Below are positions 45,577 through 56,176 of a DNA stretch of 64,000 bases, piece after piece; the first letter of the stretch is position 1, and each line of letters opens with the position of its first letter. Under the pieces are notes generated by a model, which was given only the letters and a program-made list of their open reading frames with translations, searched no databases and was not told the DNA's origin. The DNA is from a virus. The stretch is from positions 264 to 64,263 of the IMG/VR virus record IMGVR_UViG_3300048915_000044; one strand, given 5' to 3'. A program made the translations under genes and the position numbers.

Positions 45577-47082
45577 ATGACGAAGTCCATCCCCGCCAGC
45601 TATTTCGTGTCGATCGTGCCGGGCGTCATCAGCGCCGGCGGGTCGTCCCTTGACCTCAACGGCCTGATGCTGACCAGCGGCACTCGCGCGCCGATTGGCG
45701 CCGTCCTGTCGTTTGCGTCCGCCACGGCCGTCGCGACCTACTTCGGCGGAGGCAGCACGGAAGCCGCCGCAGCCGCGATCTACTTTGCCGGCTTCGACAA
45801 CTCGAACGTCAAGCCCGGCGCGCTGCTGGTCGCCCAGTACAACACCGCGCCGGTGTCGGCCTTCCTGCGTGGCGGTTCGGTCTCGTCGCTGACCCTCGCG
45901 CAGCTGCAAGCGCTGACGCCTGGCACGCTGACCATCACCACGGACGGCACCGCCAAGACCTCGGGCACGATCACCCTGACCGGCGCGACAAGCTTCTCGA
46001 ACGCCGCCACGATCATCCAGGCCGCGTTCACCTCCCCGAACTTTGCTGTCACCTTCGACAGCGTCTCGGGCGCCTTCGTGTTCACCAGCGTCACCACCGG
46101 CGCGACCTCGACGATCACCTACTGCTCGGGATCGATGGCCGACCCGCTGAATCTGCGCCAGGCCGACGGCGCCGTCCTCTCGCAAGGCGCGATCACCGCC
46201 GTGCCCGGCACGTTCATGACGGCGATTACCGGCATCACGCAGGACTGGGCGACGTTCTTCACGACCTTCGACCCAGACAACGGCAGCGGCAACACGCTGA
46301 AGCAAGCCTTCGCCGCGTGGAACAACGCGCAGGGCAACCAGTTCGCCTACATCGCTTGGGACACCGACGCGAGCCCGACGACCACCGTCCCGGCCACGAC
46401 CAGCCTGGGCTACCTCCTGGTGCAGGCCAACTCGTCTGGGACGTTCCCGGTCTATGGAGTGGACTACTCGAAGGCCGCCTACCAATCGGGCGCGGTCGCC
46501 TCGGTGGACTTCAGCGAGACCAACGGCAGCACGAACTTCTGCTTCCGCGCGCAGACCGGCCTGACGCCCGACGTGACCGATCTCACGACGCTGACCAACC
46601 TTGAGGCGAACGGCTACAACGCCTACAGCGCGGTCGCCACGCGGAATCAGGGCTTCACATTCATGGCCCCCGGTAGCGTTACGGGGCCGTTCAAGTGGAT
46701 GCAGGACTACATCAACCAGATCTGGTTGAACAACGCCTTGCAACTGGCGCTGATGGAACTCCTGGTTTCGGTCAAGAGCGTCCCCTACAACAACGCTGGC
46801 TATGCGCTGATCCGCGCCGCTTGCATGGACCCCATCAACGCCGCCGTCAACTTCGGAGCCATTCAGCCTGGCGTGAGCCTTTCAGCCCTTCAGGTCGCCG
46901 AAGTCAACAACGCGGCCGGGCTGAAGATCGACACCACGCTTTCCGCTCAGGGCTGGTACCTCCAGATCAGGGATCCGGGTGCTATTGTCCGCGGACAGCG
47001 CAAGACGCCGAACTGCACGCTTTGGTACACCTCGGGCGGCTCCGTCAACCAGATCATCCTGTCCTCGGTCGAGGTCGCGTAA
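45577..47082 (+). CDS. Tail sheath protein (DUF3383)
   Basis: IPAS.FV.I.PGV...W.D.YINQIWL...SVPYN..G...GWYL. Confidence 0.93.
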   Translation: MTKSIPASYFVSIVPGVISAGGSSLDLNGLMLTSGTRAPIGAVLSFASATAVATYFGGGSTEAAAAAIYFAGFDNSNVKPGALLVAQYNTAPVSAFLRGGSVSSLTLAQLQALTPGTLTITTDGTAKTSGTITLTGATSFSNAATIIQAAFTSPNFAVTFDSVSGAFVFTSVTTGATSTITYCSGSMADPLNLRQADGAVLSQGAITAVPGTFMTAITGITQDWATFFTTFDPDNGSGNTLKQAFAAWNNAQGNQFAYIAWDTDASPTTTVPATTSLGYLLVQANSSGTFPVYGVDYSKAAYQSGAVASVDFSETNGSTNFCFRAQTGLTPDVTDLTTLTNLEANGYNAYSAVATRNQGFTFMAPGSVTGPFKWMQDYINQIWLNNALQLALMELLVSVKSVPYNNAGYALIRAACMDPINAAVNFGAIQPGVSLSALQVAEVNNAAGLKIDTTLSAQGWYLQIRDPGAIVRGQRKTPNCTLWYTSGGSVNQIILSSVEVA

Positions 47083-47141
47083 CTCACCAATCCAGCAACT
47101 AGCAGCCGCTCCTGGGTGGCTGTTTGCATTTCGGAGCCACT

Positions 47142-47570
47142 ATGAGCATCACCTCGGCAGACGCCGTCATCACCCTGACCGTCGCTGGTCTCTACGACAC
47201 CCCCGTGCAGTTGCAGAACTTCATGGCGGAAGACATTCTCAAGACCGCGACGGCGCGCCACGCCGAGACGACGATGGGCGCCGACGGAAAGAAGACCGCC
47301 GGATTCGTCTTCACGATGCGGCAGCAGACCTTTGCGCTGCTTGCGGACAGTCCGTCGTGTGACGTGCTGGACACGTGGAACAACGCCGAAGAGCAGGCCA
47401 TCGCGACGTTCCGCGCTGACATGACGATCACGTTTCCTTCCCTCAAGAAGGTATGGACGTGCAGCAATGGGACGCTGACCGAGTTCAATCCGATGCCCGA
47501 CGCCGGCAAGTTGCTGCAAGGGCGCCACTTCACCATTGAGTGGGAGCGCATCGTGGGAGGTCCGCAGTAA
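47142..47570 (+). CDS. Tail tube protein
   Basis: SITSA.AV..L.V.....MG.DG...G...LQ...F.I.W. Confidence 0.88.
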   Translation: MSITSADAVITLTVAGLYDTPVQLQNFMAEDILKTATARHAETTMGADGKKTAGFVFTMRQQTFALLADSPSCDVLDTWNNAEEQAIATFRADMTITFPSLKKVWTCSNGTLTEFNPMPDAGKLLQGRHFTIEWERIVGGPQ

Positions 47571-48016
47571 TGCGAAACATCGCAGACATCAAGATCACGG
47601 CCGAAGGCCGTGACGCCGGTAAGACATTTCGCATCACTGAACTGAGCGCGAGCGCCGCCGAAGACTGGGCGATTCGCGCCTTCATGGCGATTGCCAAGGG
47701 CGGCATGGAAATCCCTGACGGCGTACCGGCCTCGATTGCAGGCATTGCCATCCTGGGATTCAGGGCATTGGCCGGCATGGATGCGGCGACCGCCAAGCCA
47801 TTGCTCGACGAGATGATGGGTTGCGTCCAGTTCATCACCAGCTCTGGCGTGGTGCGCCGCCTAGTAGAAGAGGACATCGAAGAAGTCGCGACGCGCCTGC
47901 AATTGCGCAAAGAAGTCTTTGAGGTTCACACCGGTTTTTTCGCACGCGCCGTTCGCCTCAAATCGAAGAATTCCGCGTCGGGAGCGGAAGCGGCGTCCAG
48001 TACGCCCAGTGCGTGA
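47570..48016 (+). CDS. Tail assembly chaperone (gpG); -1 frameshift extends it to 48177 (gpGT)
   Basis: Between tube and tape measure; T TTT TTC slippery site at 47935-47941; -1 frame is open into VNVP...ATLHELQTVYG..DL. Confidence 0.85.
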   Translation: MRNIADIKITAEGRDAGKTFRITELSASAAEDWAIRAFMAIAKGGMEIPDGVPASIAGIAILGFRALAGMDAATAKPLLDEMMGCVQFITSSGVVRRLVEEDIEEVATRLQLRKEVFEVHTGFFARAVRLKSKNSASGAEAASSTPSA

Positions 48017-48180
48017 ATGTGCCGCTGACGATCGCTGCGGTCGTCACAAGCCCGCTTCGCCTCGCGACGCTGCATGAGCTGCAGACCGTCTACGGAGCCC
48101 AAGACCTGTTCAACTTCCTCGAGATCATGAGCGTCCAGCGCTTCAACGAGGAACTGCAAGCGAAGCACCGGGACTGACCT

Positions 48181-49836
48181 ATGGCCACGATCATCGACAG
48201 CTTGCTGGTCACCCTGGGACTTGATGTCTCTGGCGTAACCAAGGGGCAGAAGCAAGCCCAGGAAGCTCTGCAGAAGACGGGCGATGCCGCCGAGAAGACC
48301 CAAAAGGATCTCGATCAGGCCGCCAAGCGCACCGCCGAGTCCTACAAGAAGATCCGGGACGGCATCCTCGAGGTGACGGCCGCGATCGTCGGCGCGGTGG
48401 CCGGCAAGGAATTCCTCGCCTACATCACTGCAAATGACGTCGCCGTGGGCCGGCTGTCCAAGAACCTGGGTGTCGCAACTGAAGAACTATCCGCCTGGGA
48501 AGGCGTGGCACGTCGGCTGGGCGGGCAGGGCAGCGATGCTGACAGCCTGTTCCGTGGCGTCAACAAGCTGATGGAGGACTTCAAGCTCAACGGCGGCGCC
48601 GGCGAGTTCAGCCCCCTTGTGCGCGCCGGCCTCGACCTGTCCAAGTTCATGGACAAGTCGACGAGCTATACGCAGCGTCTGCTGATGATGCGCGACGCCA
48701 TGCGCAAGCTGACCGGGCCGGACGCCCAGCGCCTGGGTCAGATGGCTGGCTTCAGCGAAGAAGGCCTGAACATCCTCCTGCAGACCGACCGCGCGCTCGA
48801 GCAGATGCTCGAGACCCAGAAGAAGATGAACATCGAGTCGGAGGCCGACCGCAAGATGGCGGTTGAGCGCACCGGCGCGTGGCATGACCTGACCGAGTCC
48901 TTGACCGGCTTCGGCCGCAAGGTCGCCAATGAGCTGAGCCCGCTGCTCAATGGCGTCCTGATCGGCCTGAAGAGTGTTCTGCTCTGGATGGAAGATCACG
49001 TTCCGGTGTCGATCGGCCTGATCGGCGCGCTCGGCTCGGCGATCCTACTGCTCAAGGGCTACAGCATCGCCTCGTTTGCCGCGCAGTTTTCCGGCAGCAT
49101 GGCCGCGATGGGCATGTCCATCGGTGGCCTGATCGGCAGGCTCGGCATGCTGGGCTTGGCCTTCTCGGCAGCCTACGGCATCACATCGGCGATCGGCGAG
49201 GCGACGGGATGGTGGGACAAGCTGGGTGGCTGGTTCTACGACAAGCAGCACGGATCGAAGAACTTCCTTCCCGGCGGCTATGTGGACGGCACCGTCAAGG
49301 GCCTGGGCAATCGAGGTTCTGGCGCCACTGACTACAGTTCGCTTGAGTCTGCGGCTGGCCTTCCTGCCGGCCTGCTGTCTGCGATCAAGCGCGAAGAGAC
49401 CGGCAGCGGTTCGGGTATCGGCGCCGTCAGCCCTAAGGGCGCGCGCGGGCCGTTCCAGTTCATGCCTTCGACGGCAGCCCAGTACGGTGTCAACGACCCC
49501 GACGACCCGCAGCAGGCAGCGCAAGGCGCGGCCAAGTACCTGTCCTACCTGCTGAAGTTGTTCAAGGGCAACCTGCCCATGGCAATCGCCGCCTACAACG
49601 AAGGCGAGGGCGCCGCGTCGCGCGGCGCGATGCCATTCGAAACGCAGAAGTACGTCAGCGACGTCATGAGCCGGATCGGACCGGGCGCGACCGCGGGCGG
49701 CGCCGGTACCACGGTGACCGTCGGGGCGATCCATGTGCACAGCTCCGCCAAGGACACCCAAGGCGTGGCGCGTGACACGGTGCGCGAGCTGCGCAACTTC
49801 TCCATGGCTGCGCAGGCCAATCGTGGGGTGAGCTGA
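48181..49836 (+). CDS. Tape measure protein with lytic transglycosylase domain
   Basis: MATIIDSLLVTLGLD; EETG..AVSPKGARGPFQFMP...AIAAYN.G SLT motifs. Confidence 0.93.
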   Translation: MATIIDSLLVTLGLDVSGVTKGQKQAQEALQKTGDAAEKTQKDLDQAAKRTAESYKKIRDGILEVTAAIVGAVAGKEFLAYITANDVAVGRLSKNLGVATEELSAWEGVARRLGGQGSDADSLFRGVNKLMEDFKLNGGAGEFSPLVRAGLDLSKFMDKSTSYTQRLLMMRDAMRKLTGPDAQRLGQMAGFSEEGLNILLQTDRALEQMLETQKKMNIESEADRKMAVERTGAWHDLTESLTGFGRKVANELSPLLNGVLIGLKSVLLWMEDHVPVSIGLIGALGSAILLLKGYSIASFAAQFSGSMAAMGMSIGGLIGRLGMLGLAFSAAYGITSAIGEATGWWDKLGGWFYDKQHGSKNFLPGGYVDGTVKGLGNRGSGATDYSSLESAAGLPAGLLSAIKREETGSGSGIGAVSPKGARGPFQFMPSTAAQYGVNDPDDPQQAAQGAAKYLSYLLKLFKGNLPMAIAAYNEGEGAASRGAMPFETQKYVSDVMSRIGPGATAGGAGTTVTVGAIHVHSSAKDTQGVARDTVRELRNFSMAAQANRGVS

Positions 49837-50504
49837 TGACCGCTGGCGTCCCCGCGCTGCTCAACCCGCCCGCAGAGGGGGAGCCGCAGCCGCTGATGAC
49901 CGCTGACTCGCCGGCGATCCAGCCGACATCGCGCATCCCGGCCTGGGGCATCTACCTCAATGGTTCGCTGGCCATCCAGGCTGACTCGATCCTCAAGGTC
50001 GAGCACAAGTCAAGCGCTCGCCTGTCGACGGCGCCGCAGGAAAAGGGCGCGTTCCAGGACTACAACAAAGTCCAGGCGCCCGACGAGCACCGGGTGCAGA
50101 TGACCAAGGGCGGCGGCGAGAGCGAGCGTGCCGCATTCCTTGCCGCGATCAAGGCTGCCAAGGACTCGCTGAACTTGTACGACATCGTCATGCCCGAGGT
50201 GACGTACTCAAATGCGAATATCACGGGTTACTCGTTCCAGCGCACCGCGCGCAGCGGCGTGACCCTGCTCATCGTCGAAATGATGTTCGAAGAGGTACGC
50301 CAGGCATCCGCGCCGGTGTTCACCACGACCACGGGCGGGGGTGCGACACCGGTGGCAGCGATCACCGCACCCAAGCAGCCGACAGGCGCCGACCCGGTCA
50401 ATGCCGGCACGAAGCAGCCCGTCGCACCGACGACGGCGCAGATCGCGCCCGTCCGCAAGGCGCTGGCTCCGGCTGCTGCAGCCGGCAGCGCAGTAGGGGG
50501 CTGA
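49836..50504 (+). CDS. Baseplate/tail tube initiator (Dit-like)
   Basis: Follows the tape measure; AP.EKG.F..YNKV. Confidence 0.75.
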   Translation: MTAGVPALLNPPAEGEPQPLMTADSPAIQPTSRIPAWGIYLNGSLAIQADSILKVEHKSSARLSTAPQEKGAFQDYNKVQAPDEHRVQMTKGGGESERAAFLAAIKAAKDSLNLYDIVMPEVTYSNANITGYSFQRTARSGVTLLIVEMMFEEVRQASAPVFTTTTGGGATPVAAITAPKQPTGADPVNAGTKQPVAPTTAQIAPVRKALAPAAAAGSAVGG

Positions 50505-50505
50505 C

Positions 50506-50805
50506 ATGCAAGTCGTTCCCATCATCGACGCCTACGGACAGGAACTGACGATCACGCTCAGCGGCCAGTCCTGCCGGATCGTGCTCAAGACGCGCACGAC
50601 GGGCCTGTACTGCGACCTGTACGTCAACGACGTGCTCAAGATCGGCGGAGTTGTGTGCCGCAATCTGACGCGAATCGTCATCAACAGCTACCTGGGCTTC
50701 GTCGGTGACCTGATGTTCTCGGACACCCAGGGCGAAGCGGATCCGTCCAGCCCTGGCCTGGGATCGCGGTTCATCCTGATGTACCTCGAGGCGAGCGACC
50801 TGTGA
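50506..50805 (+). CDS. Small baseplate protein
   Basis: Y.GF.GDL.F.DT.G..DP...GLGSRF.L.Y. Confidence 0.8.
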   Translation: MQVVPIIDAYGQELTITLSGQSCRIVLKTRTTGLYCDLYVNDVLKIGGVVCRNLTRIVINSYLGFVGDLMFSDTQGEADPSSPGLGSRFILMYLEASDL

Positions 50806-51668
50806 GTTTCGTCAAGCGCCGGATTGACTTGGTCTTCCAGCTCGGCGAAGGCACGTTCGGAGAGTCCGGCACCAACACCGTGACCTGCTCTGGCCTTCGG
50901 GTGCATGCGCACATCGACAAGGTTTTCGGTCCGGGCATGGGCGAGGCGCAGATCCGCATTCATGGCCTGACGCCCTCCCTGCTGAATCAGCTCTCGTCGC
51001 TCAACCAAGCGACCATGGCGATCCGCAAGAACACAGTGATCATCTCGGCCGGGGACGATGTCAGCGGCATGGCGACGGTCTTTCAGGGCCAGATCATGAT
51101 CAGCCAGATCATGCTCAACACGGCGCCCGACACGGCGCTGATGGTGCTGGCCCAGGCCGGCGCATTCGCGGCGGTTCAGCTGGTGCCACCATCCAGCTAC
51201 CCGGGCAGTGCCGACGCCGCGGTGATCATGCAGAACCTGGCGCACCTCGCGGGCCTGAGCTTCGAGAACAACGGCGTCTCCATCCAACTGGCGACGCCGT
51301 ACTACCCCGGATCGCCGCTCGAGCAAATCCGCAAGTGCGCTCAGGCCGCCGGCATCGAGTACGTGATCGACGATACGACCCTGGCCATCTTCCCGGTTGG
51401 TGGCGCACGCGGCACGCAAATCCCGGTGATCTCGCCGGCGACTGGCATGGTGGGCTACCCGAACTACTCGACCAGCGTCTACGGCATTGAACTGACGACG
51501 CTGTTCAACCCGCTGCTGCGCCCCGGCGGGAAGGTGCAGGTCGAGAGCTCGCTGGCTGTCGCCAACGGTACGTGGCAGGTCTTCAACATGCAGCACGAGC
51601 TCGAGAGCGAAGACCCGGGTGGCCAGTGGTTCACACGGTTCAGTGGGTCGAGTCTGACCAATGGCTGA
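50802..51668 (+). CDS. Baseplate hub protein
   Basis: I.I.GL...ISAGD...VFQG...TGM.GYP..LFNP. Confidence 0.85.
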   Translation: MSFVKRRIDLVFQLGEGTFGESGTNTVTCSGLRVHAHIDKVFGPGMGEAQIRIHGLTPSLLNQLSSLNQATMAIRKNTVIISAGDDVSGMATVFQGQIMISQIMLNTAPDTALMVLAQAGAFAAVQLVPPSSYPGSADAAVIMQNLAHLAGLSFENNGVSIQLATPYYPGSPLEQIRKCAQAAGIEYVIDDTTLAIFPVGGARGTQIPVISPATGMVGYPNYSTSVYGIELTTLFNPLLRPGGKVQVESSLAVANGTWQVFNMQHELESEDPGGQWFTRFSGSSLTNG

Positions 51669-52407
51669 CGGCTACAACGGCTCGCAACGGCCCGGCTCGG
51701 CATCGTCCGACTTCAACGCCATCACCTTCCTCGTCCAGTCGCTCATGAGCGGCATGGCGACGGCCACGCTGGTGAAGGTTCGGGGCGTCACGAACGCCGG
51801 CGGGGTCTCCCCCGTGGGCTTCGTCGACATCCAGCCGATGGTCAACCAGGTGGACGGCATCGGAACGGCAGTGCCACATGGCACCGTCTTCAAGTGCCCG
51901 TACCAGCGGATCCAGGGCGGCGCGAACGCGATCATCCTTGACCCGCAAGTTGGCGACATCGGAGTGGCCGTCTTTGCCGATCGAGACATCTCAAGCGCGA
52001 CAGCCAACAAGGCACCATCGAATCCTGGCAGCGCACGTCGCTTTGACCTAGCCGACGGCCTGTACCTCGGCGGATTTCTGAACGCGGCACCGACCCAGTA
52101 TGTGCGGTTTTCGACGGCCGGAATCGATCTGCACTCGCCGACGGCGATCACGCTATCCGCCCCGACCATCACGGCGACGGCGCCCACGATCACGCTGAAC
52201 GCATCGAGTGGGATCACGCTGAACACGCCTACGGTGACTGCCACCGGCGACATCAACGCCACCGGAACGGTCGCTGCGGCTGAGGTCGACGCGCCGATCG
52301 TTACGGTCGCCACGACGCTGACGGTCGCCAGCAAGAACCTCGGCCCGAACCACGAACACGACCACGGCACGATGACTTCGTCGGGCCACACGGGAACGGT
52401 GATCTGA
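51661..52407 (+). CDS. Baseplate spike (gpV/gp138-like)
   Basis: VD.QP.VNQ...P.GDIG...F.DRDIS...RRFDL.D..H.H tip. Confidence 0.9.
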   Translation: MADGYNGSQRPGSASSDFNAITFLVQSLMSGMATATLVKVRGVTNAGGVSPVGFVDIQPMVNQVDGIGTAVPHGTVFKCPYQRIQGGANAIILDPQVGDIGVAVFADRDISSATANKAPSNPGSARRFDLADGLYLGGFLNAAPTQYVRFSTAGIDLHSPTAITLSAPTITATAPTITLNASSGITLNTPTVTATGDINATGTVAAAEVDAPIVTVATTLTVASKNLGPNHEHDHGTMTSSGHTGTVI

Positions 52408-52760
52408 TGGCCTCCACGCTCTACCTCGACAACACGAGCTGGGACTTGCAGTTGGACGGCAGTGGAAACATTGCCGTAGCGACCGAGCCCTACTCGCTGG
52501 CGCTGGCGGCGGCGAACGAATGCCGTACGTTCCTCGGAGAGTGCTACTACGACACCACCCGCGGCATCCCCTACCTGTCGCAGATCCTGGGCAAGTCCAC
52601 GCCCATCGAGTACACGAAGTCCCAGTTGGTCGCTGCGGCGCGCCTGGTACCCGACGTCGTCTCGGCCAAGGCCTACCTGACCTCATCGAGCGACCGCAAG
52701 CTCGGCGGCCAGATCCAGATCACGGACAGCAGCGGCAACGTCACCGCCGCGAGCTTCTAG
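52407..52760 (+). CDS. Baseplate wedge initiator (gp25-like)
   Basis: TL.LD...WDL.LD..GNIA...F.GE..YD...GIPY. Confidence 0.85.
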   Translation: MASTLYLDNTSWDLQLDGSGNIAVATEPYSLALAAANECRTFLGECYYDTTRGIPYLSQILGKSTPIEYTKSQLVAAARLVPDVVSAKAYLTSSSDRKLGGQIQITDSSGNVTAASF

Positions 52761-52818
52761 ACCCCTTTCGCCAGCAGACAGGCCGCCTCCGGGCGGCCTT
52801 TTGCATTCCAGGGCCGCC

Positions 52819-54225
52819 ATGACGACCAATGTCCCATCCATCACGATCGGCCCGAACGGCATCGTGATCCCGACCGAGTCGGCGATCCTGGCTGGCCGCA
52901 TCGCCGATCTTCAGACTGCTTTTGGAGGCGACCTCAATCCGTCGCCCGCGACGCCTCAAGGCCAGATCGCGGCATCGGACACCGCCATCATCGGTGCCGC
53001 AAACGACGCCTTCCTCGAAATCGCTAACGGCTTCGACCCGGCGCTGAACGCGGGACGGTTCCAGGACGCGGTGGGCCGCATCTACTTCCTCGATCGCATT
53101 CCGGCCGCATCCACCGTTGCGACCTGCGTCTGCTCTGGTCTGGATGGCACGATCATCCCGGTCAACGCTCAGGCAGCGGACTCCGCGGGCAATCGCTACC
53201 TCGCGACCGAGGCCGGAACAATCACGGGCGGCACGGTGACGCTGACATTCGCGTGCGCCGTGCCCGGCCCGACCATCTGCTTGGCTGGCAGCCTGACGAC
53301 GATCTACCAGTCCATCTCGGGCTGGGACACGATCACCAACCCGACGGATGGGGTGGTCGGCAATGATGCTGAGACGACGGCGGCTTTCGAACTCCGTCGC
53401 CAGCAGTCGGTCGCCCTGAATGCCACCGGCCAGACTGGCGCGGTGCTCGCTGCGGTGCTCGCTGTCCCGGGCGTGCTCGACGCCTACGCGATCGAGAACC
53501 CGCTAGGAACGCTGAGCGGCGCTTCGTTCACGGGCGTCATCGCCTCTGGAGTTCTCACCGCCTCCAGCGTGACCGGCGCTCTCGCTCCCGGCCAGATGAT
53601 CAATGGCACCAGCATCGTCAGTGGAACATCGATCACCGAGCAGCTGAGCGGCCCCACGGGTGGCGCCGGCACCTATCAACTCTCGATCCCGCAGAGCGTG
53701 GGCAGCGAGGCAATGACGTCCGCCGCGGGAGGCGTCCGGCTTGTCGCCAATTCCATCTACGTGGCAGCCTACGGTGGCGCTGCAGCAGCGGTCGCGGCGG
53801 CGATCCTCAAGAAGAAGAACCCTGGCTGCAACTACAACGGCAACACCACCATCAGCGTCCAGGACACGAACCCGGCCTACACGGTGCCGCCGACCTATTC
53901 GGTGACGTTCGAGACGCCAACCCCGACCCCGATCAAGTTCGCAGTCTCGATGCAGAGCAACGGCGGCGTGCCATCCACGGCCGTCGCGCAGATCAAGGCC
54001 GCAGTCGTCTCGGCCTTTGAAGGAACAGATGGCGGCCTGAACGCGCGCATCGCCAGCCCGATCTTCGCCAGCCGGTTCTATGCCGGTATCGCGTCGCTGG
54101 GCCCGTGGGCGTCGATCTACACCATCCAGCTGGGCATCGACGCAGCGAACCAGAACGCGATCCTGATGCGCATGGACCAGATCCCCACGCTGGCCCTGAC
54201 TGACATCGCCGTCACGTTCTCCTGA
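52819..54225 (+). CDS. Baseplate J-like protein
   Basis: TPQGQ...GRFQDA.G.IYF.R...E....FE.RR. Confidence 0.92.
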   Translation: MTTNVPSITIGPNGIVIPTESAILAGRIADLQTAFGGDLNPSPATPQGQIAASDTAIIGAANDAFLEIANGFDPALNAGRFQDAVGRIYFLDRIPAASTVATCVCSGLDGTIIPVNAQAADSAGNRYLATEAGTITGGTVTLTFACAVPGPTICLAGSLTTIYQSISGWDTITNPTDGVVGNDAETTAAFELRRQQSVALNATGQTGAVLAAVLAVPGVLDAYAIENPLGTLSGASFTGVIASGVLTASSVTGALAPGQMINGTSIVSGTSITEQLSGPTGGAGTYQLSIPQSVGSEAMTSAAGGVRLVANSIYVAAYGGAAAAVAAAILKKKNPGCNYNGNTTISVQDTNPAYTVPPTYSVTFETPTPTPIKFAVSMQSNGGVPSTAVAQIKAAVVSAFEGTDGGLNARIASPIFASRFYAGIASLGPWASIYTIQLGIDAANQNAILMRMDQIPTLALTDIAVTFS

Positions 54226-54227
54226 CC

Positions 54228-54881
54228 ATGATCGCCGGCTACCTTGATCCGACTGTCGATTCGACGGTCGAGATGCCCGTTGACGCAGAGATCTACCCCC
54301 GCGTCGCACCGGTCTGGCCGAAGACCATCCTCAGCCAGTACGCGAACAGCCCACGTCTGCTGTCGCTGATCGAGTCGTTCTCAGACGCCATCAACGCCGA
54401 TGGCCTGAGCGACCTGTTCGTCACGTCGATCCTGGACATCGACACGGCCGCCGGCTACGGCCTGGACGTGTGGGGCCGCATCGTCGGCGTCAAACGAACG
54501 CTCTACGTTCCCGGTGGCGCTTCGGGCAAGTTGCTTGGATGGGGCGAGCCGGGCGCGGGCAAGTTCTACGGCTGGCGGCAGGCCCCATGGAACACGCTGA
54601 ACCACCAGACCCCGAACTACATCCTGCAAGACAGCGACTACCGCCGACTGATTCTCGTCAAGGCGTTCTCGAACATCTCCGATCGCTCTATCCCAAGCAT
54701 GAACGCTGCGCTGATGCAGATGTTCGCCGGCCAGGGAAACGTCTACGTCTCTGACCTCGGAAGCATGACGGCGGCCTACGTCTTTGACTTCCACCCGTCG
54801 CAACTTGACCTCGCCATCTTGCAGCAGTCGGGCGCCTTTGCGAGCCCGTCTGGCGTGCTGATGTCTGTCGTCACCCCCTGA
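54228..54881 (+). CDS. DUF2612 baseplate wedge protein
   Basis: TILSQYANSP...TA.GYGLDVWGRIVG...YR.LI..KA..NI. Confidence 0.9.
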   Translation: MIAGYLDPTVDSTVEMPVDAEIYPRVAPVWPKTILSQYANSPRLLSLIESFSDAINADGLSDLFVTSILDIDTAAGYGLDVWGRIVGVKRTLYVPGGASGKLLGWGEPGAGKFYGWRQAPWNTLNHQTPNYILQDSDYRRLILVKAFSNISDRSIPSMNAALMQMFAGQGNVYVSDLGSMTAAYVFDFHPSQLDLAILQQSGAFASPSGVLMSVVTP

Positions 54882-54889
54882 GATACCGC

Positions 54890-55669
54890 ATGCAAAGCTC
54901 CGAAGTACCCGTCAAGTTCCCGATCGCTTTCGCGAGCGCGGCGAACCCAGCCTACATCCAGGCTGTCCCGCAAACCTACAACAGTGCCATTCCGGGCTCG
55001 TTTGGACTGGACTTGGGTTCTCCCCCGGAGACTTTCCTCGATCCAGCCTCGGGCGGCATCGCGCCACTGGGGGAATATTTCAACGGTCTGATGAACCAGA
55101 CGACGGCCTGCTTGCGCTGGATCCAGGCCGGCGGTGTGTTCAAGCGCGACGCGGCCTTTCAAACGGCCATCGGCGGATACCCGCTCGGCGCGATCCTGAA
55201 GGCTGCCAGCTACAGCGCCTTCTGGGTGTCGACCGCTGAAAACAACATGGTCAACCCCGACACGGGGACGCTGACTGCGCCGGCGACGGGTTGGTCTGTC
55301 TTGCAGCCCGGCACGTATCCTTGGAGCCAGATCACGGGCGCGCCGAACTTCACGCTCGAGTCGGAGTTCACAGGCGGCAATCACTCCCTGGCTCCCGCCG
55401 GCTTCCAGAAGTTGCCCGGCGGCTTGATCTTTCAGTGGGGGTCCTACACGGCCGCGGCCAGCGATACCGCCTACACCATTTCGCTGCCGACCACCTTTCC
55501 GAACACTCACTTCGCTGCGTTCGCCTCAGTCAAGACGAGCGGAAATATCAGTGGCTCGTGGTCGGCCTACGCCATCCCTGCATCGCTGTCGACGGTGACG
55601 TTGACGGGGGATGTCAGCAGCGGAAGCGCGACCAACATCCCCATCTCGTTCTTCTGCATCGGGAACTGA
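54890..55669 (+). CDS. Short tail fibre protein
   Basis: N-terminal P.G..FNG...AIGGYP.GA.L anchor; C-terminal G.QKLPGGLIFQWG. Confidence 0.85.
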   Translation: MQSSEVPVKFPIAFASAANPAYIQAVPQTYNSAIPGSFGLDLGSPPETFLDPASGGIAPLGEYFNGLMNQTTACLRWIQAGGVFKRDAAFQTAIGGYPLGAILKAASYSAFWVSTAENNMVNPDTGTLTAPATGWSVLQPGTYPWSQITGAPNFTLESEFTGGNHSLAPAGFQKLPGGLIFQWGSYTAAASDTAYTISLPTTFPNTHFAAFASVKTSGNISGSWSAYAIPASLSTVTLTGDVSSGSATNIPISFFCIGN

Positions 55670-55670
55670 G

Positions 55671-55922
55671 ATGGAGCCGCGCGCCTATCAAGCCTTCGCG
55701 GCCGGAACGCCTCCTGCGCTGCCCGCTACAGCCGTTCTCGGATACCCGCGAAGCGCGACGACCACGCTCAAGGCAACGACGCCGGGACCCTACTGGTTCT
55801 ACGGCTGGGGCGAGGAGATCCGCAACGTGATCATCGACGCAGGTCTCACCCCGAATCCGCGCGACAACAGCCAGCTCTACCAGGCCATCCGAATCATCGG
55901 TGTGCGCTACGGGGCGATCTAG
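55671..55922 (+). CDS. Stand-alone fibre-anchor-domain protein 1
   Basis: GYP...TTPGPYW....EEIRNVI..AGLTP...QL.QAI. Confidence 0.8.
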   Translation: MEPRAYQAFAAGTPPALPATAVLGYPRSATTTLKATTPGPYWFYGWGEEIRNVIIDAGLTPNPRDNSQLYQAIRIIGVRYGAI

Positions 55923-55925
55923 TCC

Positions 55926-56174
55926 ATGGATCGCATCTACCAAAGCGACGTCGCCTCAACGCCGACGCCGCCGCCGTTTCCTGGGTCGGCAGGTTTTCCC
56001 CAGAGCGCCGTCGCGTGGGCGAACTTCGATCCGACAGTCCCCGGCCCGTACTTCTACTTCTACGTCACCGAATCCATTCGGGCCGTGATCGTGGCGGCGG
56101 GCCTCACGCCAGATCCACACAACCTGCACCAGTTCGCGCAGGCCGTCGAGATCCTCGCCGCCGGAGGGCCGTAG
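55926..56174 (+). CDS. Stand-alone fibre-anchor-domain protein 2
   Basis: GFP...TVPGPYF...ESIRAVI.AAGLTP...QF.QAV. Confidence 0.8.
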   Translation: MDRIYQSDVASTPTPPPFPGSAGFPQSAVAWANFDPTVPGPYFYFYVTESIRAVIVAAGLTPDPHNLHQFAQAVEILAAGGP

Positions 56175-56176
56175 CC

